This document shows, one piece after another, positions 1 through 10,900 of a DNA stretch of 64,000 bases; positions within the stretch are counted from its first letter, which is position 1, and each line of letters starts with the position of its first letter. Made by a program: the position numbers and the translations under genes. The DNA lies in the NCBI GenBank assembly GCA_965219415.1, contig CBDCNP010000002.1, positions 768,001-832,000 on the forward strand. Reading direction: 5' to 3'. This stretch comes from Candidatus Marinacidobacterales bacterium. Its GTDB lineage: Bacteria > Acidobacteriota > Vicinamibacteria > Marinacidobacterales > DATDRI01. The notes under the pieces were generated by a model that saw only the letters and a list, made by a program, of their open reading frames with translations, ran no database searches and was not told the DNA's origin.

Positions 1-2
1 CT

Positions 3-611
3 GCTGACAATCGCTGGCTGCGCGAAGCGTTCGAGAACCAAAGACCGGTGATATATTTTCTTGGTATCGCGCCCGGCCGCTACCAAGCTATGCTGCCAGC
101 ATTCATTGCGGGGTGGGACGCCGAGGCATTAAAGGCGCGTGTTGCGTTCGGAGTGCTCGATCAAGAAGCGCCGACGCCACCGAAGAACGTCCTGGAACGG
201 CGCTATGCTCTGCGTTCGGTCAAACAACGATTGCACCAGGCATCGTTTCGAGAAGCTGTCATCAGTGCCTATAACGGCCGCTGCGCGCTGTCGAGGATAC
301 CTGAACCACTGCTCCTGGACGCGGCGCATATTGTTGCGGACAAGGATGAACGGCTCGGTCAGCCGGTGGTCCCCAACGGCATCCCACTATCGAAAATCCA
401 TCACGCTGCATTCGACGCGCATCTGATTGGGATTGACGCGGACTACCGCTTGCATGTTTCTGATCGACTGCTCGGCCAGAGTGACGGCCCCATGCTCGAA
501 GCTTTAAAGCGGCTCAACGGTGGAACCATTCACCTACCCAGCCGCATCAAGGACCGACCGGATCGAGACCGGCTTGCGCTGCGCTTCGACCGCTTCAAGG
601 CGGTGGCGTGA
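3..611 (+). CDS. HNH endonuclease (putative modification-dependent restriction enzyme); 5' end lies outside the window
   Basis: Frame is open from base 3 (ADNRWLREAFENQRPVIYFLG). It has RLHQASFREAVISAYNGRCALS..LLDAAHI..NGIPLSKIHHAAFD, an HNH_2/COG3440-type motif set. Confidence 0.8.
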   Translation, partial: ADNRWLREAFENQRPVIYFLGIAPGRYQAMLPAFIAGWDAEALKARVAFGVLDQEAPTPPKNVLERRYALRSVKQRLHQASFREAVISAYNGRCALSRIPEPLLLDAAHIVADKDERLGQPVVPNGIPLSKIHHAAFDAHLIGIDADYRLHVSDRLLGQSDGPMLEALKRLNGGTIHLPSRIKDRPDRDRLALRFDRFKAVA

Positions 612-686
612 GATGCACGCGTTCACTCAATGAGTACGGTCAATTTAAACCAAGGTAAAGATGGTGCGGCGGTTGCCAGTCGACCT

Positions 687-775
687 CGTCGTGTCCAAAA
701 ACACAAACGAACTCAAGACCCGCACGCCGCCGATATCATCATTAGTAAGGGGCGATGCCGATCGCCGACTGATGG
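687..775 (+). repeat. 89-bp direct repeat A, copy 1
   Basis: Matches 1758-1846 with 5 mismatches by manual alignment. Confidence 0.9.
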
Positions 776-941
776 GTGCTTGCGCTGTTTACTGTTGGTG
801 ATGTGTACGCATCCCTTTGCAAAAGAGGCGCTTACGCTCCATTTAGCGCGCAGCGAAGGTCACGAATGCTATTTCGGCTGTAATTCAATGCACCGTAAGG
901 TCTTAGCGTCATCTCACCCACACTTAATGACGGAAGCATCC
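774..941. mobile_element. 168-bp MITE-like element, copy 1
   Basis: Reverse complement of 2031-2198 (about 9 mismatches). It has imperfect ~28-bp terminal inverted repeats (GGGTGCTT..TGTTGGTGA) and no coding capacity. Confidence 0.65.
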
Positions 942-978
942 AACTAGCTGTAATTCCCTGGGTATTAGTGTTTTCAGT

Positions 979-1002
979 TGTGCCTTCTATTTATTCATCC
1001 GC
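979..1002. repeat. 24-bp repeat C, copy 1
   Basis: TGTGCCTTCTATTTATTCATCCGC is the exact reverse complement of 2199-2222. Confidence 0.85.
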
Positions 1003-1105
1003 CAGTCCATGGGCCGGAAGTCAGCCCTGCGGCGCGAAATACCCTGGATTCTGCTCGGATTCCAAGGGCGTCTAAGCTGCTGATTTGTGGTCTATTTCTA
1101 AAGGG

Positions 1106-1125
1106 CCGAGTTTTGGCACAGGACG
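1106..1125. repeat. 20-bp repeat D, copy 1 (possible IS end)
   Basis: CCGAGTTTTGGCACAGGACG is identical at 3000-3019. Confidence 0.75.
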
Positions 1126-1757
1126 CGAACGCCCAGCGGGTCAGCAGTTTGCACCTTTCCAAGGGTCGCTTGAAGCAGCCATCGCGGTCGGATACGTATT
1201 CCAGTTCAGCAGTCCGAGCCCAAGGAGCCCTCCCGTGAACGGCTTGGCGGGTTGCTTCGTTTCTACCCTCGGGAAGCCGCATGAGTATCTTGACCTCACG
1301 GCAATGTAGCGAAAACTCAGAGAAGCCCTGGTGCCAACGTCATGCTATCCTCTTGTTCTACAGTGATTTAAAGCCATCCGTCACGTGCTGGTCCCCGCAC
1401 GCCTCATCGACGGGGGGTCGTTCGAGCTTATTTGCGAATTGACAGTCAATCCGATTTTCTAGACGGCAATCTCAACCTCCTTGACGCCTGAAAGAGGGCC
1501 GTGTCGTAAACTCTCCGACGGAGGCTACACTCGTAAGTCATTGTAGTGAAAAGCTATTACGCCTCATCGATGGACGCGTCGTCGACGGGAACACCTTTCC
1601 GACTATCGCAGTCGTAAGGCTCAAGTGGGGGCAAGTGGAGCTATTCGGGTCTTGGCAGCAAACAAGCAGTAACGGTGCAAAACAGATCATCAAAATGCAA
1701 TTGGAGGCCATTTCGGGGCTGAATCGAGCGCTAATCGCTCAGTTAATGGGAAGACGC

Positions 1758-1846
1758 CGTCGTGTCCAAAAACATAAACGAACTCAAGACTCGCACGCCG
1801 CCGATATCATCATCAGTAAGGGGCGATACCGTTCGCCGACTGATGG
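1758..1846 (+). repeat. 89-bp direct repeat A, copy 2
   Basis: Matches 687-775. Confidence 0.9.
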
Positions 1847-1897
1847 AGACCAAGAGTGAGCGTGGCAGCAGCGGGTTGGCTTACAGCGTGACCTGCC

Positions 1898-2029
1898 TCA
1901 CAGCGTTGCGACGAGGGCACGCTGCTCCTCCCAATCGTCGGGAAGTGGATGATGGAGGAGGTAGCTCGATGTCAGCCTAACGGGCTGGCGGCCTTCCACA
2001 ATGGCACGGACGATGTCGGGTGCCAGGAA
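1898..2029 (-). pseudogene. C-terminal fragment of a large serine recombinase-type protein
   Basis: Manual translation gives FLAPDIVRAIVEGRQPVRLTSSYLLHHPLPDDWEEQRALVATL*, the typical recombinase C-tail (LAPDI..I..GRQP..LP..W.EQ). It is cut exactly at the MITE boundary. Confidence 0.7.
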
Positions 2030-2030
2030 G

Positions 2031-2198
2031 GGGTGCTTCCGCCATTAAGTGTTGGTGAGATGACGCTAAGACCCTACAGTGCATTAAATTATAGCCAAAA
2101 TAGCATTCGTGACCTTCGCTGCGTGCTAAATGGAGCGTAAGCGCCTCTTTTGCAAAGGGATGCGTACACATCACCAACAGTAAACAGCGCAAGCACCC
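2031..2198. mobile_element. 168-bp MITE-like element, copy 2 (inverted)
   Basis: Ends read GGGTGCTTCCGCCATTAAGTGTTGGTGA and (reverse complement) GGGTGCTTGCGCTGTTTACTGTTGGTGA, 23/28 identical. Confidence 0.65.
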
Positions 2199-2224
2199 GC
2201 GGATGAATAAATAGAAGGCACAGG

Positions 2225-2818
2225 TTCTATCGGGAGTCCGAGTACGACCAGACCTCGCCGGTGACGAGCGCGACCGGCGACACTTTCGCGAAGCTTGGCG
2301 GAGAGATCCAGCGCGCCGAGGACCGGATCGGTAGCATCTCGTCGCAGAATGTCTTCGCCAACGTGTACGTCGACTTCCCAGGGCGGACTCGTCTGACACC
2401 GTACGTTGGAGTGGGAGTCGGCATCGGGCTGACCGAGCTGGATTACGGCGACCTGTGGGCGCGGAACCCCGACCCTGACGCCATCGGTACGGCCGCTGGT
2501 CTGCCGAACGAGGAGGAAATCCGCCGCAACCTTGCCGGCACTACCACCAGCAAGCAGACGGAGCTGCGTGATAGGCTAGCCGGGTACCAGTTGCTGGGCG
2601 GCGTCGATTACGCCATGTCGAAAAGGGTGTCACTCGGTATCAAGGCCCGCTGGGTCGGCTTTGGGCGGTTCGCCGCCGTCGGCATTGAGTGGGAGCGTTT
2701 GCGGAGCCACGCATCGGAACTGCGTCGCGACGGCAGCGAGCCCGTGACGTTTCGCATCCGAACCGGCGATCCTCTTTCGTTCGTTAGCGTGAGCCTCTCG
2801 ATGCGGTACGATTTCTAA
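2225..2818 (+). pseudogene. 5'-truncated outer-membrane beta-barrel protein (opacity/OmpA-membrane-like)
   Basis: ANVYVDF..LTPYVGVGVG..GYQLLGGVDY..MRYDF with C-terminal Phe. No signal peptide; the frame begins right after repeat C2. Confidence 0.7.
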
Positions 2819-2999
2819 AACGGTCGTCACGTTGAACGCGTTTCGTTCAGATACCGACCGAATCGGCGGCAACTGGTGCTTCCGCCATCGAGTGGGTGCT
2901 TCCGCAGTCAAGTGTTGGCGGCCGCCGCGTAACCTGTTCGCGTGCTGGAGTCTTAGCCTGATTTCGAGAGGCGCAGTTCTTTCGTCAATGCCGGCTGGA

Positions 3000-3019
3000 C
3001 CGAGTTTTGGCACAGGACG
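3000..3019. repeat. 20-bp repeat D, copy 2
   Basis: Identical to 1106-1125. Further MITE-end-like motifs (GGTGCTTCCGC) occur at 2875 and 2895. Confidence 0.75.
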
Positions 3020-3129
3020 GGGTTGGAACGGGCCACTGTCAGGATGAGATGGGTGCACGGCTGGCAGACCTCCCCGATGACGAGCATCAGGCGTGCGTGG
3101 GCGAGTGATTGGGCTAGGCATGGGAGCGG

Positions 3130-3290
3130 GTCCTCGTCGCTACGATCGCGATTTTCGTGATGCAGCGAGGCGCTCCTGATACCGAAAAACTCGCAACCGA
3201 TCCCGTCCGAGGCACGTTGATCCAGCTCACCTCACATTCTGGTGACGAGCTCTTCCTCAGCTTGTCGCCCGCCGGAAAAACCTTTCGCCG
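3130..3290 (+). pseudogene. Fragment of a TM + PD40/TolB-like beta-propeller protein
   Basis: VLVATIAIFV..TLIQLTSHSGDELFLSLSPAGKTF resembles a first PD40 repeat (QLT..G.E..P..SPDGK). Confidence 0.45.
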
Positions 3291-3357
3291 AAGCGAGCCG
3301 CGCGTCAGAGAACCGGGATGTCTACAACCTCGGCGCACTTCACGGACCGAGACATAT

Positions 3358-4410
3358 CTAACGTTGCGATTCTGACAACCACCTCTGGATCTGAATGGCC
3401 TGATCCTGATATTCGCGGCGAAGCCGTTCGAGAACCCGTTCCATCTCAGGGTGGAGTGGATCATTTACTCTGTCGCGAGGGGTGGCAAAGCTGGCTGGAT
3501 AGACAGACAGGGCGGAGAGATCCCCACCTGCAAGAGCTATTTTCGCTATCTGGAATCCCCGTCCGGCAAACTCGTCGATCATGTCTTCTCCGAGCGCCTT
3601 GGAAGCTCGGGAAGGGTTTCCCCAGTAACCTTGCCAGTCCTCTCCAGGAACCGTCCGCAAGAATTCCTCATCGTTTTTGACCAGAAAAGGCCGATAGTCC
3701 TTGTAATCCGGCTTGACAAGATCGCCTCGCAGAAACAGATTAACCGATGTTTCGGCTGCACCCGCATGCCCCTCATAGCCTAACTGTTCTTGCCAATCCT
3801 GGCCAAAATGCTTCTGATAAATCTCCGGGCTGTAGAATCCTGAGCCGAATATCAAGCTGGAGATATTCACCATCCGTACGTCGTATTCCTCACTCACAAA
3901 AGCAGCGGCTTGATTGAAGGCGGTGTTGCCAAGAGGAAACCCGTAGCTATGCACCAAGAAGACGTTTTTGAAACCCTTTCGGGCAATCGTAGAACCCCAG
4001 TCGATTGCCACGGCCCGAAGCGTCTCAAAACGCAGGGGAAAGGTGCCTATGTGGTTGAACTCTCCCGCATGGACTTCCGGCCCCTCCTCGCCGAGCATTA
4101 TCGGCGGAACCAGCACAAGATCGTAGTCCGGATGGGAGACGCGGAGCCGTTTGATCAGGCCATCGCGTATGCCCATAGCCTGAAAATAATCAGCGCCGAC
4201 GGGAAGATGCGGGCCATGCTGCTCCAAGTTTCCTATCGTCAGGAAGAAGACGGACTTTTTCCGATCCAACCTGTCAATTTCGACGAAAGTCAATTCTTCG
4301 AGTCGCAAAACGCGGCCGACTCCTGCATGTGAAGCCATTACGATTTGCAGCAACAGAACCGTGCTGAATGCAATTACCGTTGCTGCAGCGAATCTCCTCT
4401 TAGCTGGCAT
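3358..4410 (-). CDS. Creatininase-family amidohydrolase with signal peptide
   Basis: GNLEQHGPHLPVGAD and GHAGAAETS motifs; basic + hydrophobic N-terminus. Confidence 0.85.
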   Translation of the reverse strand: MPAKRRFAAATVIAFSTVLLLQIVMASHAGVGRVLRLEELTFVEIDRLDRKKSVFFLTIGNLEQHGPHLPVGADYFQAMGIRDGLIKRLRVSHPDYDLVLVPPIMLGEEGPEVHAGEFNHIGTFPLRFETLRAVAIDWGSTIARKGFKNVFLVHSYGFPLGNTAFNQAAAFVSEEYDVRMVNISSLIFGSGFYSPEIYQKHFGQDWQEQLGYEGHAGAAETSVNLFLRGDLVKPDYKDYRPFLVKNDEEFLRTVPGEDWQGYWGNPSRASKALGEDMIDEFAGRGFQIAKIALAGGDLSALSVYPASFATPRDRVNDPLHPEMERVLERLRREYQDQAIQIQRWLSESQR

Positions 4411-4476
4411 AAGTCTCCTTTTTTGGAGCCATCTAAAACCTCGAGTTTCGAAAATCAGCTAATTGACCGTGAAAGC

Positions 4477-6099
4477 CTAGGCCTCGGTGAGCGCGTAAAG
4501 CAGATCCACGTAGGCTTTCTCGATGTCAGCCAGACTAGCGATCGCCGACGTCTTGGGCTGAATCAGCATGTACTCATTGGGCGCGTGCATGTTTCCTCCA
4601 TGCCCAAGACCCACCAGCACCAGCGGCAGCTGGAGCCTGTCGGTAAACTGATCGAAAGGGGCATTCGCCCCAAACCGAGGCCAGACAGCGGGCGTGATGC
4701 CGTATTTGTTATACACGCTGATCGCCTTGTGCACTAAGGGAGCGTCCACAGAAGTCTGAGAAGGCGGATAGGCAGCCAGTTGTTTGATTTTGACATCCGT
4801 GAAGCCCTTGTTGTCCAAGTGAGTACGAATCATGCTCAAAGCCTCTTCTGGCCGCTGGTTGGGCACCAGCTGCGAATCGACCTTGGCCACCGCTTTGCGA
4901 GGTAAGATGCAATTAGCCCCGGGACCCGTATAGCCGGACGAAATCCCGTCAATGTTGAGCGTGGTATCGAACAGAAACTGGACGAAGGTCTCCTTTCCTT
5001 TGATACCATCAATCCAGCGCTTCACACCCAAGTCAGCAAACTGGGTAAACTCACCCCCCGGACCAAAAAAGCCCGCGAGCTGCGGACTGTTAATGAGTCG
5101 CTGCTGTTCGTCCGTTGGAGGCTGTATGGGATCGTAATAGCCAGGAACCGTAATCGTGTTACCGTCCGGCGTCGTTAGGGTCCCTAGTGCCTGCACCAGG
5201 CGCCACACCGGTGAGTCAACAATCGACTTGTACCACCCTCCAATATCATCAACCGTGGGGCCTCCGTGTTCCGTCCCTGTCGTTTCAAGCTCGAGGTAAA
5301 GCCAGCCCTTCATTCCCAAGCCCAAGGTGGCAGCGCCTTTTGGATTCTGGGAATTGTGAGGACAAATGACCCCGACGGCTTCACGAAGTCGCTCCTCGTA
5401 GCGGTCAATGATCTCCGGGTAGTGGCGAGAGCCGATCTCCTCTTCACCCTCGGCGGCAATCATCAGATTAACTGGCAGCTTCCCCTCGGTGGCAATGATC
5501 GATTCGACCGCGTTCAAGAAGGCCCGCTCCGGCCCTTTCTGGTTCGCCGCCCCTCGAGCCATAACCGCCGTACCCAGCTCCTCAATCTCCACAAGCTCCG
5601 ACGAGTACGGAGGTACTCTCCACTTTTCAGGAACGACCGGAACCACGTCGTACATCAAATAAACACCCAGTGTTTTCTCCGCTCCGGCGTCGTAATAGCC
5701 CCACACTCCAGGATGGCCGGAAGTTGGGACGAGCTCGGCCTCCTTGAAGCCCAGCTGGCGAAAATCGTCCCGGACCATCGTCGCCATCTCCTCAATCCCA
5801 ATCCCCTGGGCACTATCTGATGGCTGCCGCAACCAGCGGCGAATATTTTCCAGGTGATCTTCCAAATGCTGGTCAATGTAGCGATACACACCAGAATGAT
5901 TCCCCTGGTAGGCCGCAATCTCCCGCGCGTCAAAAGCCTCCTCGGTCGTAATCTCAAACTCGGGTCGCTTAATCCCTTCCGTCTCCTCCGCCTCGCATCC
6001 AGCCGCCAAAAGTCCCCAAGCGGCGGCTGAGATCCCTACCAGGCCTCCCTGGGCAAATTCCCGCCGGTTCATTCCGTGGCCTTTCTCTTGTTTTTTCAT
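4477..6099 (-). CDS. M20/M25/M40 metallopeptidase (ArgE/DapE-like), Tat-exported, possible lipoprotein
   Basis: MNRREF Tat motif, LAAGC lipobox, MYDVVP, ARGAANQKG, EGEEEIGS, NMHAPNE. Confidence 0.9.
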   Translation of the reverse strand: MKKQEKGHGMNRREFAQGGLVGISAAAWGLLAAGCEAEETEGIKRPEFEITTEEAFDAREIAAYQGNHSGVYRYIDQHLEDHLENIRRWLRQPSDSAQGIGIEEMATMVRDDFRQLGFKEAELVPTSGHPGVWGYYDAGAEKTLGVYLMYDVVPVVPEKWRVPPYSSELVEIEELGTAVMARGAANQKGPERAFLNAVESIIATEGKLPVNLMIAAEGEEEIGSRHYPEIIDRYEERLREAVGVICPHNSQNPKGAATLGLGMKGWLYLELETTGTEHGGPTVDDIGGWYKSIVDSPVWRLVQALGTLTTPDGNTITVPGYYDPIQPPTDEQQRLINSPQLAGFFGPGGEFTQFADLGVKRWIDGIKGKETFVQFLFDTTLNIDGISSGYTGPGANCILPRKAVAKVDSQLVPNQRPEEALSMIRTHLDNKGFTDVKIKQLAAYPPSQTSVDAPLVHKAISVYNKYGITPAVWPRFGANAPFDQFTDRLQLPLVLVGLGHGGNMHAPNEYMLIQPKTSAIASLADIEKAYVDLLYALTEA

Positions 6100-6501
6100 T
6101 TAAGAGTTGCCTTTCTTTGTTTTATAACAGCTTCCGGTATCGTCGAGTCTTCCCATAAATGGGGAATCGATTCCGAGATCTAGCGACTCTCCCGTGCCAG
6201 ACTGACGAGCTCTGTGGCAAGCTTGTAACCTCGTGACGGTTCCCTGGCTCCGCAGCGGCGCACGAACGTAAACGCTCTCGCCCTTGGCCACTCCGGGACG
6301 AAACGTGCCCCAACAGCTCCGGCGAAGAAGGGTTACACGCACAGCCAGATTTCCATGCCAGGGCGCAGAGCTGTGTGCCCATGCAGTTCACAGGAAACAC
6401 CGGCGCCGAGCGGGTATAGGTACTCCCAGGAACTTGACTCATTTGTAGAGATGCTGCGGAGTCAAGACGTCTCGCGTTTGCATCAGGTTCGTGTAGGCCC
6501 C

Positions 6502-7899
6502 CTAGTTCCAACTCAACGTGTCGTATCTTTTTCCACCTTTCATCACGAGGTGGATCTTATGAAGATTGGTAATGTCCTGTGCCGGGTCCCCGGCAACCGA
6601 AATGATGTCGGCCAGCTTACCGGGAGCCAAAGTGCCGACCTCTTCGGCCACGCCGCTGATCTTTGCCGCGGAGCCAGTGGCCATATGGATGACGTCTCTT
6701 AAAGGAATCCCAGCCTCCACCATCCACTCCATCGTCAGTGTGAGCCCTCCATAGTAGGTGTCCAAGCCCAGTCCTATGGGCACCCCGGCGCGGTAGGCGC
6801 TGAATACAGCGGCCTGTCTCTTTTTCACGCCCGGGAAAAAATCCCGCGCGGCACGATTGGCTTCGTTGTCTTCATATGGACGATCCTCAGTCTCCCACTG
6901 AGGATGTTCTCGCCTCCACTTGAGCATCTCTTCCCGCATGAATCGAATCCACTGTTCTGGTTTCACGACTTCCTGATCGAGAAAGCGCCACCACTCGAGA
7001 CTCGGTCGAAACCCAATGTAGACTAAGGGGGTCAGGCTAATGGCGGTTGCGTGTTTCTTCAGCAGCTGAATGATTTCCTCAGTGAGCGGCCGGGCGTGTT
7101 CGATGGAGTCGACTCCGGCCTCAAGGGCGGTACGGATCGCCGAGCCCCACTTGCCGGTGCAGTGAGCCGTGACAGGAATTCCGGAACCGTGGGCTTCCTC
7201 GACAGCCGCCCGCACCTCTTCAGGACGAAGCTGTGCTCGCTCTGAAGAAAGATCAACCATCGATAACTTGATCAGTCTTGCCCCGCGTCTGAAATTATCT
7301 CGAACGAGGTGAATCACTTCCCATGGTCCGTCCACCTGACTTCCAGGAGTGGTGGTATGGCCTCCACTGGATGTGATAATGATGCCAGCCGGGATGATTC
7401 TTGGTCCTGGGATCATGCCAGATTCTATCGCTCTTTCGAGGTCCAACTGGATATGGGCTAAGCCGGTTTCATCCCCGACCATTCGCATAGTCGTAATGCC
7501 GCACAACAGTTGAGTTCGGGCATTCTTAACCATGCGCATCGCCTGGCTTCCCGGTCCTTGGGCAGCCTGTTCAGCTTGTCCCACGGCGCCTCCTCCCGTG
7601 TAGCGAAGCTGAATATGGCCGTGGGTGTCGATCAGTCCCGGAAGAATCGTATCCCTGCCTAAGTCTATGACTGTGGCGCTGCCAGGGATTTCAACTTCAG
7701 ACGGCGTCCCCACCCGCTCGATTCTCTCGCCCCTGATGACCACAACAGCAGGTGAAACGGGAGCGGCTCCGCTTCCGTCAAAAAGACGTGCAGCCTTCAG
7801 AGCAATACTGGGTGGGGAATTCGTTTGAGCAGACAGAAGTGCAGTTGACAATACAAACGACTGAAGCACCACGGCCTTCAGAGACCCAGGCCGCTTCAT
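6502..7899 (-). CDS. Metal-dependent amidohydrolase (Xaa-Pro dipeptidase/imidazolonepropionase-like) with signal peptide
   Basis: PGLIDTHGH, GITTMR, AHC, IEH, GLD and GKLADII motifs. Confidence 0.9.
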   Translation of the reverse strand: MKRPGSLKAVVLQSFVLSTALLSAQTNSPPSIALKAARLFDGSGAAPVSPAVVVIRGERIERVGTPSEVEIPGSATVIDLGRDTILPGLIDTHGHIQLRYTGGGAVGQAEQAAQGPGSQAMRMVKNARTQLLCGITTMRMVGDETGLAHIQLDLERAIESGMIPGPRIIPAGIIITSSGGHTTTPGSQVDGPWEVIHLVRDNFRRGARLIKLSMVDLSSERAQLRPEEVRAAVEEAHGSGIPVTAHCTGKWGSAIRTALEAGVDSIEHARPLTEEIIQLLKKHATAISLTPLVYIGFRPSLEWWRFLDQEVVKPEQWIRFMREEMLKWRREHPQWETEDRPYEDNEANRAARDFFPGVKKRQAAVFSAYRAGVPIGLGLDTYYGGLTLTMEWMVEAGIPLRDVIHMATGSAAKISGVAEEVGTLAPGKLADIISVAGDPAQDITNLHKIHLVMKGGKRYDTLSWN

Positions 7900-7932
7900 T
7901 CGTGCAGCACCTTTTTGATATTCCTTTATTCG

Positions 7933-10900
7933 CTAGAACTCAAACCGCACGCCAATCTGAACTTCGCGCCCGGGCGACCCGGTAACCGCATCACCGAAAC
8001 TGCCGCCTCCACAGCCAGCTGGATCGGGAAGTCCGTCACCCGTGCTATCTTGGCAAACGTTAAACACCTGAAGCGGGTTCAGCCGGTTGGTCAGGTTGAA
8101 GATCTCCACCAGTCCTAGCAGGCGCGCGTCCTCGCCGAGATGGAATTCCTTCGCGAACCTCACGTCGATATTGAAGAAATGACCCGTAGTAAACCCGCCC
8201 TTCTCTGTACCCAGCAAACGGGTATCAAAGAGACTGTCTCCATCGGAATCGAGGGGAAGGCCGGCAGCGTTAAACGGACGGCCTGACATGGCTCTTAGGA
8301 CTCCGGAGAGATCTATACCGTAAGGCAGTTTAGAGAGACCGCTGAAAACAAAAACGTGTTCGGGAGTGTTCAAGCTCCGCCCTATGTCTCTCTCCGGAAA
8401 GTTGTTCAAAAGGAAGCTACTTTCACCGAACACCGTCGGTATCCTGGGGTTGGTGAGGTTGTCCGTCGCGTCTGTGTACGTATAGTTCGCCGCAAACGCG
8501 TATCCGTCGCTAAAACGCTTGACCAGGCTTAAAACAAACGCGTTGGTGTCCAGAAACCCGATCGGTTCAAGTTGAGCATTGCAGGGACTGCCGTCGACGG
8601 TATTCCCCTTGCAGCTCGCGGCAACCGGCACCTCGAGAAGATTAGTGACCCTCAGCGTCATTAGATCCCTCGTCCTCCTTACGAAAAGCTGCGCTTCGAG
8701 CGATAAATCTTCTCCGAGTGCCTGTTCGATCCCAATGTTGAACGAGTCTGTGTGTGGGAGCTTCTGCTCCCCTAGCGTCTGGATTCGAACGATCTCGGGC
8801 TCGCAGTTACGGAATTTGAATATAAGCGGTCGGCCCAAATTAACGCTGTTTTCGCCCGTCTCTCGGAGGAACTCGAACTGATCGCACTCCGGCCCCGGGA
8901 AAAAGCCGTTGAGAATCGCCAGGGCCTCTTCGGGAGTCAACCGTCCTCCGGTCAGCTCGGGAATACTGGCAAAGTTCAAAACGGGGGGAGTCGCCGGATC
9001 ATTTACCGGGATACCGAGCAGTTCGTACATGATATAAGGCTCTCCCCTTCCCGTGATGGTGAGATTGCCTGAGGTCCGTACGTCACCTTCTGGAATGAGG
9101 TAGCTGTAAAGGTTAGGATTCGACAGCCAGCGGGTTCCCGAATCTTGCAAAACTCCCCAAGCGCCGATGCTCGGATTGTTGTAGAATGCGCCACCCCGAG
9201 GAATGATCTGAAAATCGAATTCCTGGTTTGAAATTCCTCCAAGTTCCGGCGTCCGGGCGATGGCCTCCAGCACATTCGAATCGTAGAAACGACCCAAGGA
9301 TCCACGGATGACTGTTTTCCCCCTGTTTCCCACGTCGTAAGCGAATCCGAGACGTGGACCAAAATTATTCTTGTCATCGCTGAGAAGAGACGAGTAGTCG
9401 TATCGCACGCCCAGATTAAGTGTGAACCCGGGCGTCACCGACCAGGAATCTTGGAGAAACAAAGCCCAATTGTTGACTGTGCCTTGAGCCCGCTTATTGG
9501 GTCCGACGATTTCTTCCAGGCCCTTGTCTGCCCGTTGCATCGAGATATCATATCCAAGCTCCTCATAGCGGCCCTCGACATCGAGTGCGGTATTACCCAG
9601 GATGATGAAATCAGAAAAGACAATGAAGTGGTCCAACTCGTTTCTGAGGTAGTCAATTCCGAGTTTGAAGCTATGGCTACCTAAACTGTCGGTGTCTTTG
9701 AAATAGGACAAACTTTCCATCCACTGAAATTGGTCTGTCGTTCGATCGACCGTTCTTAGTACCGAGGCACCCGAAAGCCACACCACAAAATCGGGCACAT
9801 GAGTTATGGGTGCAAACACCTCCTCACTCTGAATCTTCTCAAGATTCTCTCCGAAGCGAATTCGATTGAACCGAAGAGACGACTCCAAGAAAGCCGTGTC
9901 CCCGAAGAAAGTCGTGTAGCGCCCGTTGACGCTTGTAGAGTCAAGTTCGAGATCCGACGCGCTAGAGGGGAGAAAAATTGGCGGGGGTGGGCCTCCCGAC
10001 CGTTCGCCGGTGCCGGAGGGAATCAGAAAATCATTGATCCCTCGATTCAGGTTGAAAGTTACCGACAACTGATTTTTGCGGTTGAAAGTGTGATCTAATT
10101 TAAAGAAACTCGTGATGCGCCTGTCCAATGGAGTTTCATCGAAAGGCTCCGTGCCAAGAGCTGGTGAAAAATAGCCATCCCTAACAATCTGGGGGAGAAT
10201 AGACTGATCGAAAATGATACCCCGCTTTTCGCGAAAAAGCTGGAACGCCCCGAAGAAGTAGGTCCGGTCTCTGGCGATCGGCCCGCCCAAGGTCCCACCG
10301 AACTCCTGACGCTCGAGTGCAGGGGCCTCTTGGCCTTCGATGTTCGAAGAATCAAGGGCACCATCCCGGAAGTATCCGAAAACACTTCCGTGGAAGTCGT
10401 TGGTACCCGAGCGGGTGACTACGTTGGCAACGGCCCCTGTGGCACGACCAAACTCCGCCTGATATCCTCCCAATAGCACCTCGAATTCCTGGATGGCGTC
10501 CTGGATGAAGAACTCGGCGAAGCTCCTGCTAAACGGATTATTGTTGTCCAGCCCGTCAACCAGGAAAGAGTTGGAAGTGGCCCTCTCACCAAAAACCGTA
10601 ACGTCGGCCCCCTGATCAATCAACGGGTCGCGCGGTGCAGTTCCCGGAACTAATTTCATCAGGTCCAGGAACTGTCGCCCATTCAGGGGTATTGCATTGA
10701 TCGTTCTGTTATCGATGAGTGCTTGCAGATCCGATTGGCTTTCTCGCAAAAGCGACACATCAGCAGTGACAGTAACCGCCTCCTGAACCCCGGCGAGTCG
10801 CAGCGTAATGTCTACTTGCACGTCCGTATTTAGCGCTAGCTCAGTACCCTCTACTAGTTCCCTTTGGAAGCTAGCCAATTCGGCCGTCAATGTGTAGACG

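Noticed and set aside
630-2399. Short ORFs sharing peptides (RRVQKHKRTQD, CLRCLLLVMCTH) as a gene family
   Set aside because: The shared peptides simply reflect the non-coding DNA repeats.
687-3019. CRISPR array
   Set aside because: The repeats are paired, long, irregularly spaced and partly inverted. There is no repeat-spacer periodicity and no cas gene in the window.
6100-6500. ORFs or ncRNA in the 400-bp gap between the peptidase and the amidohydrolase
   Set aside because: No recognisable protein motif or convincing structure.
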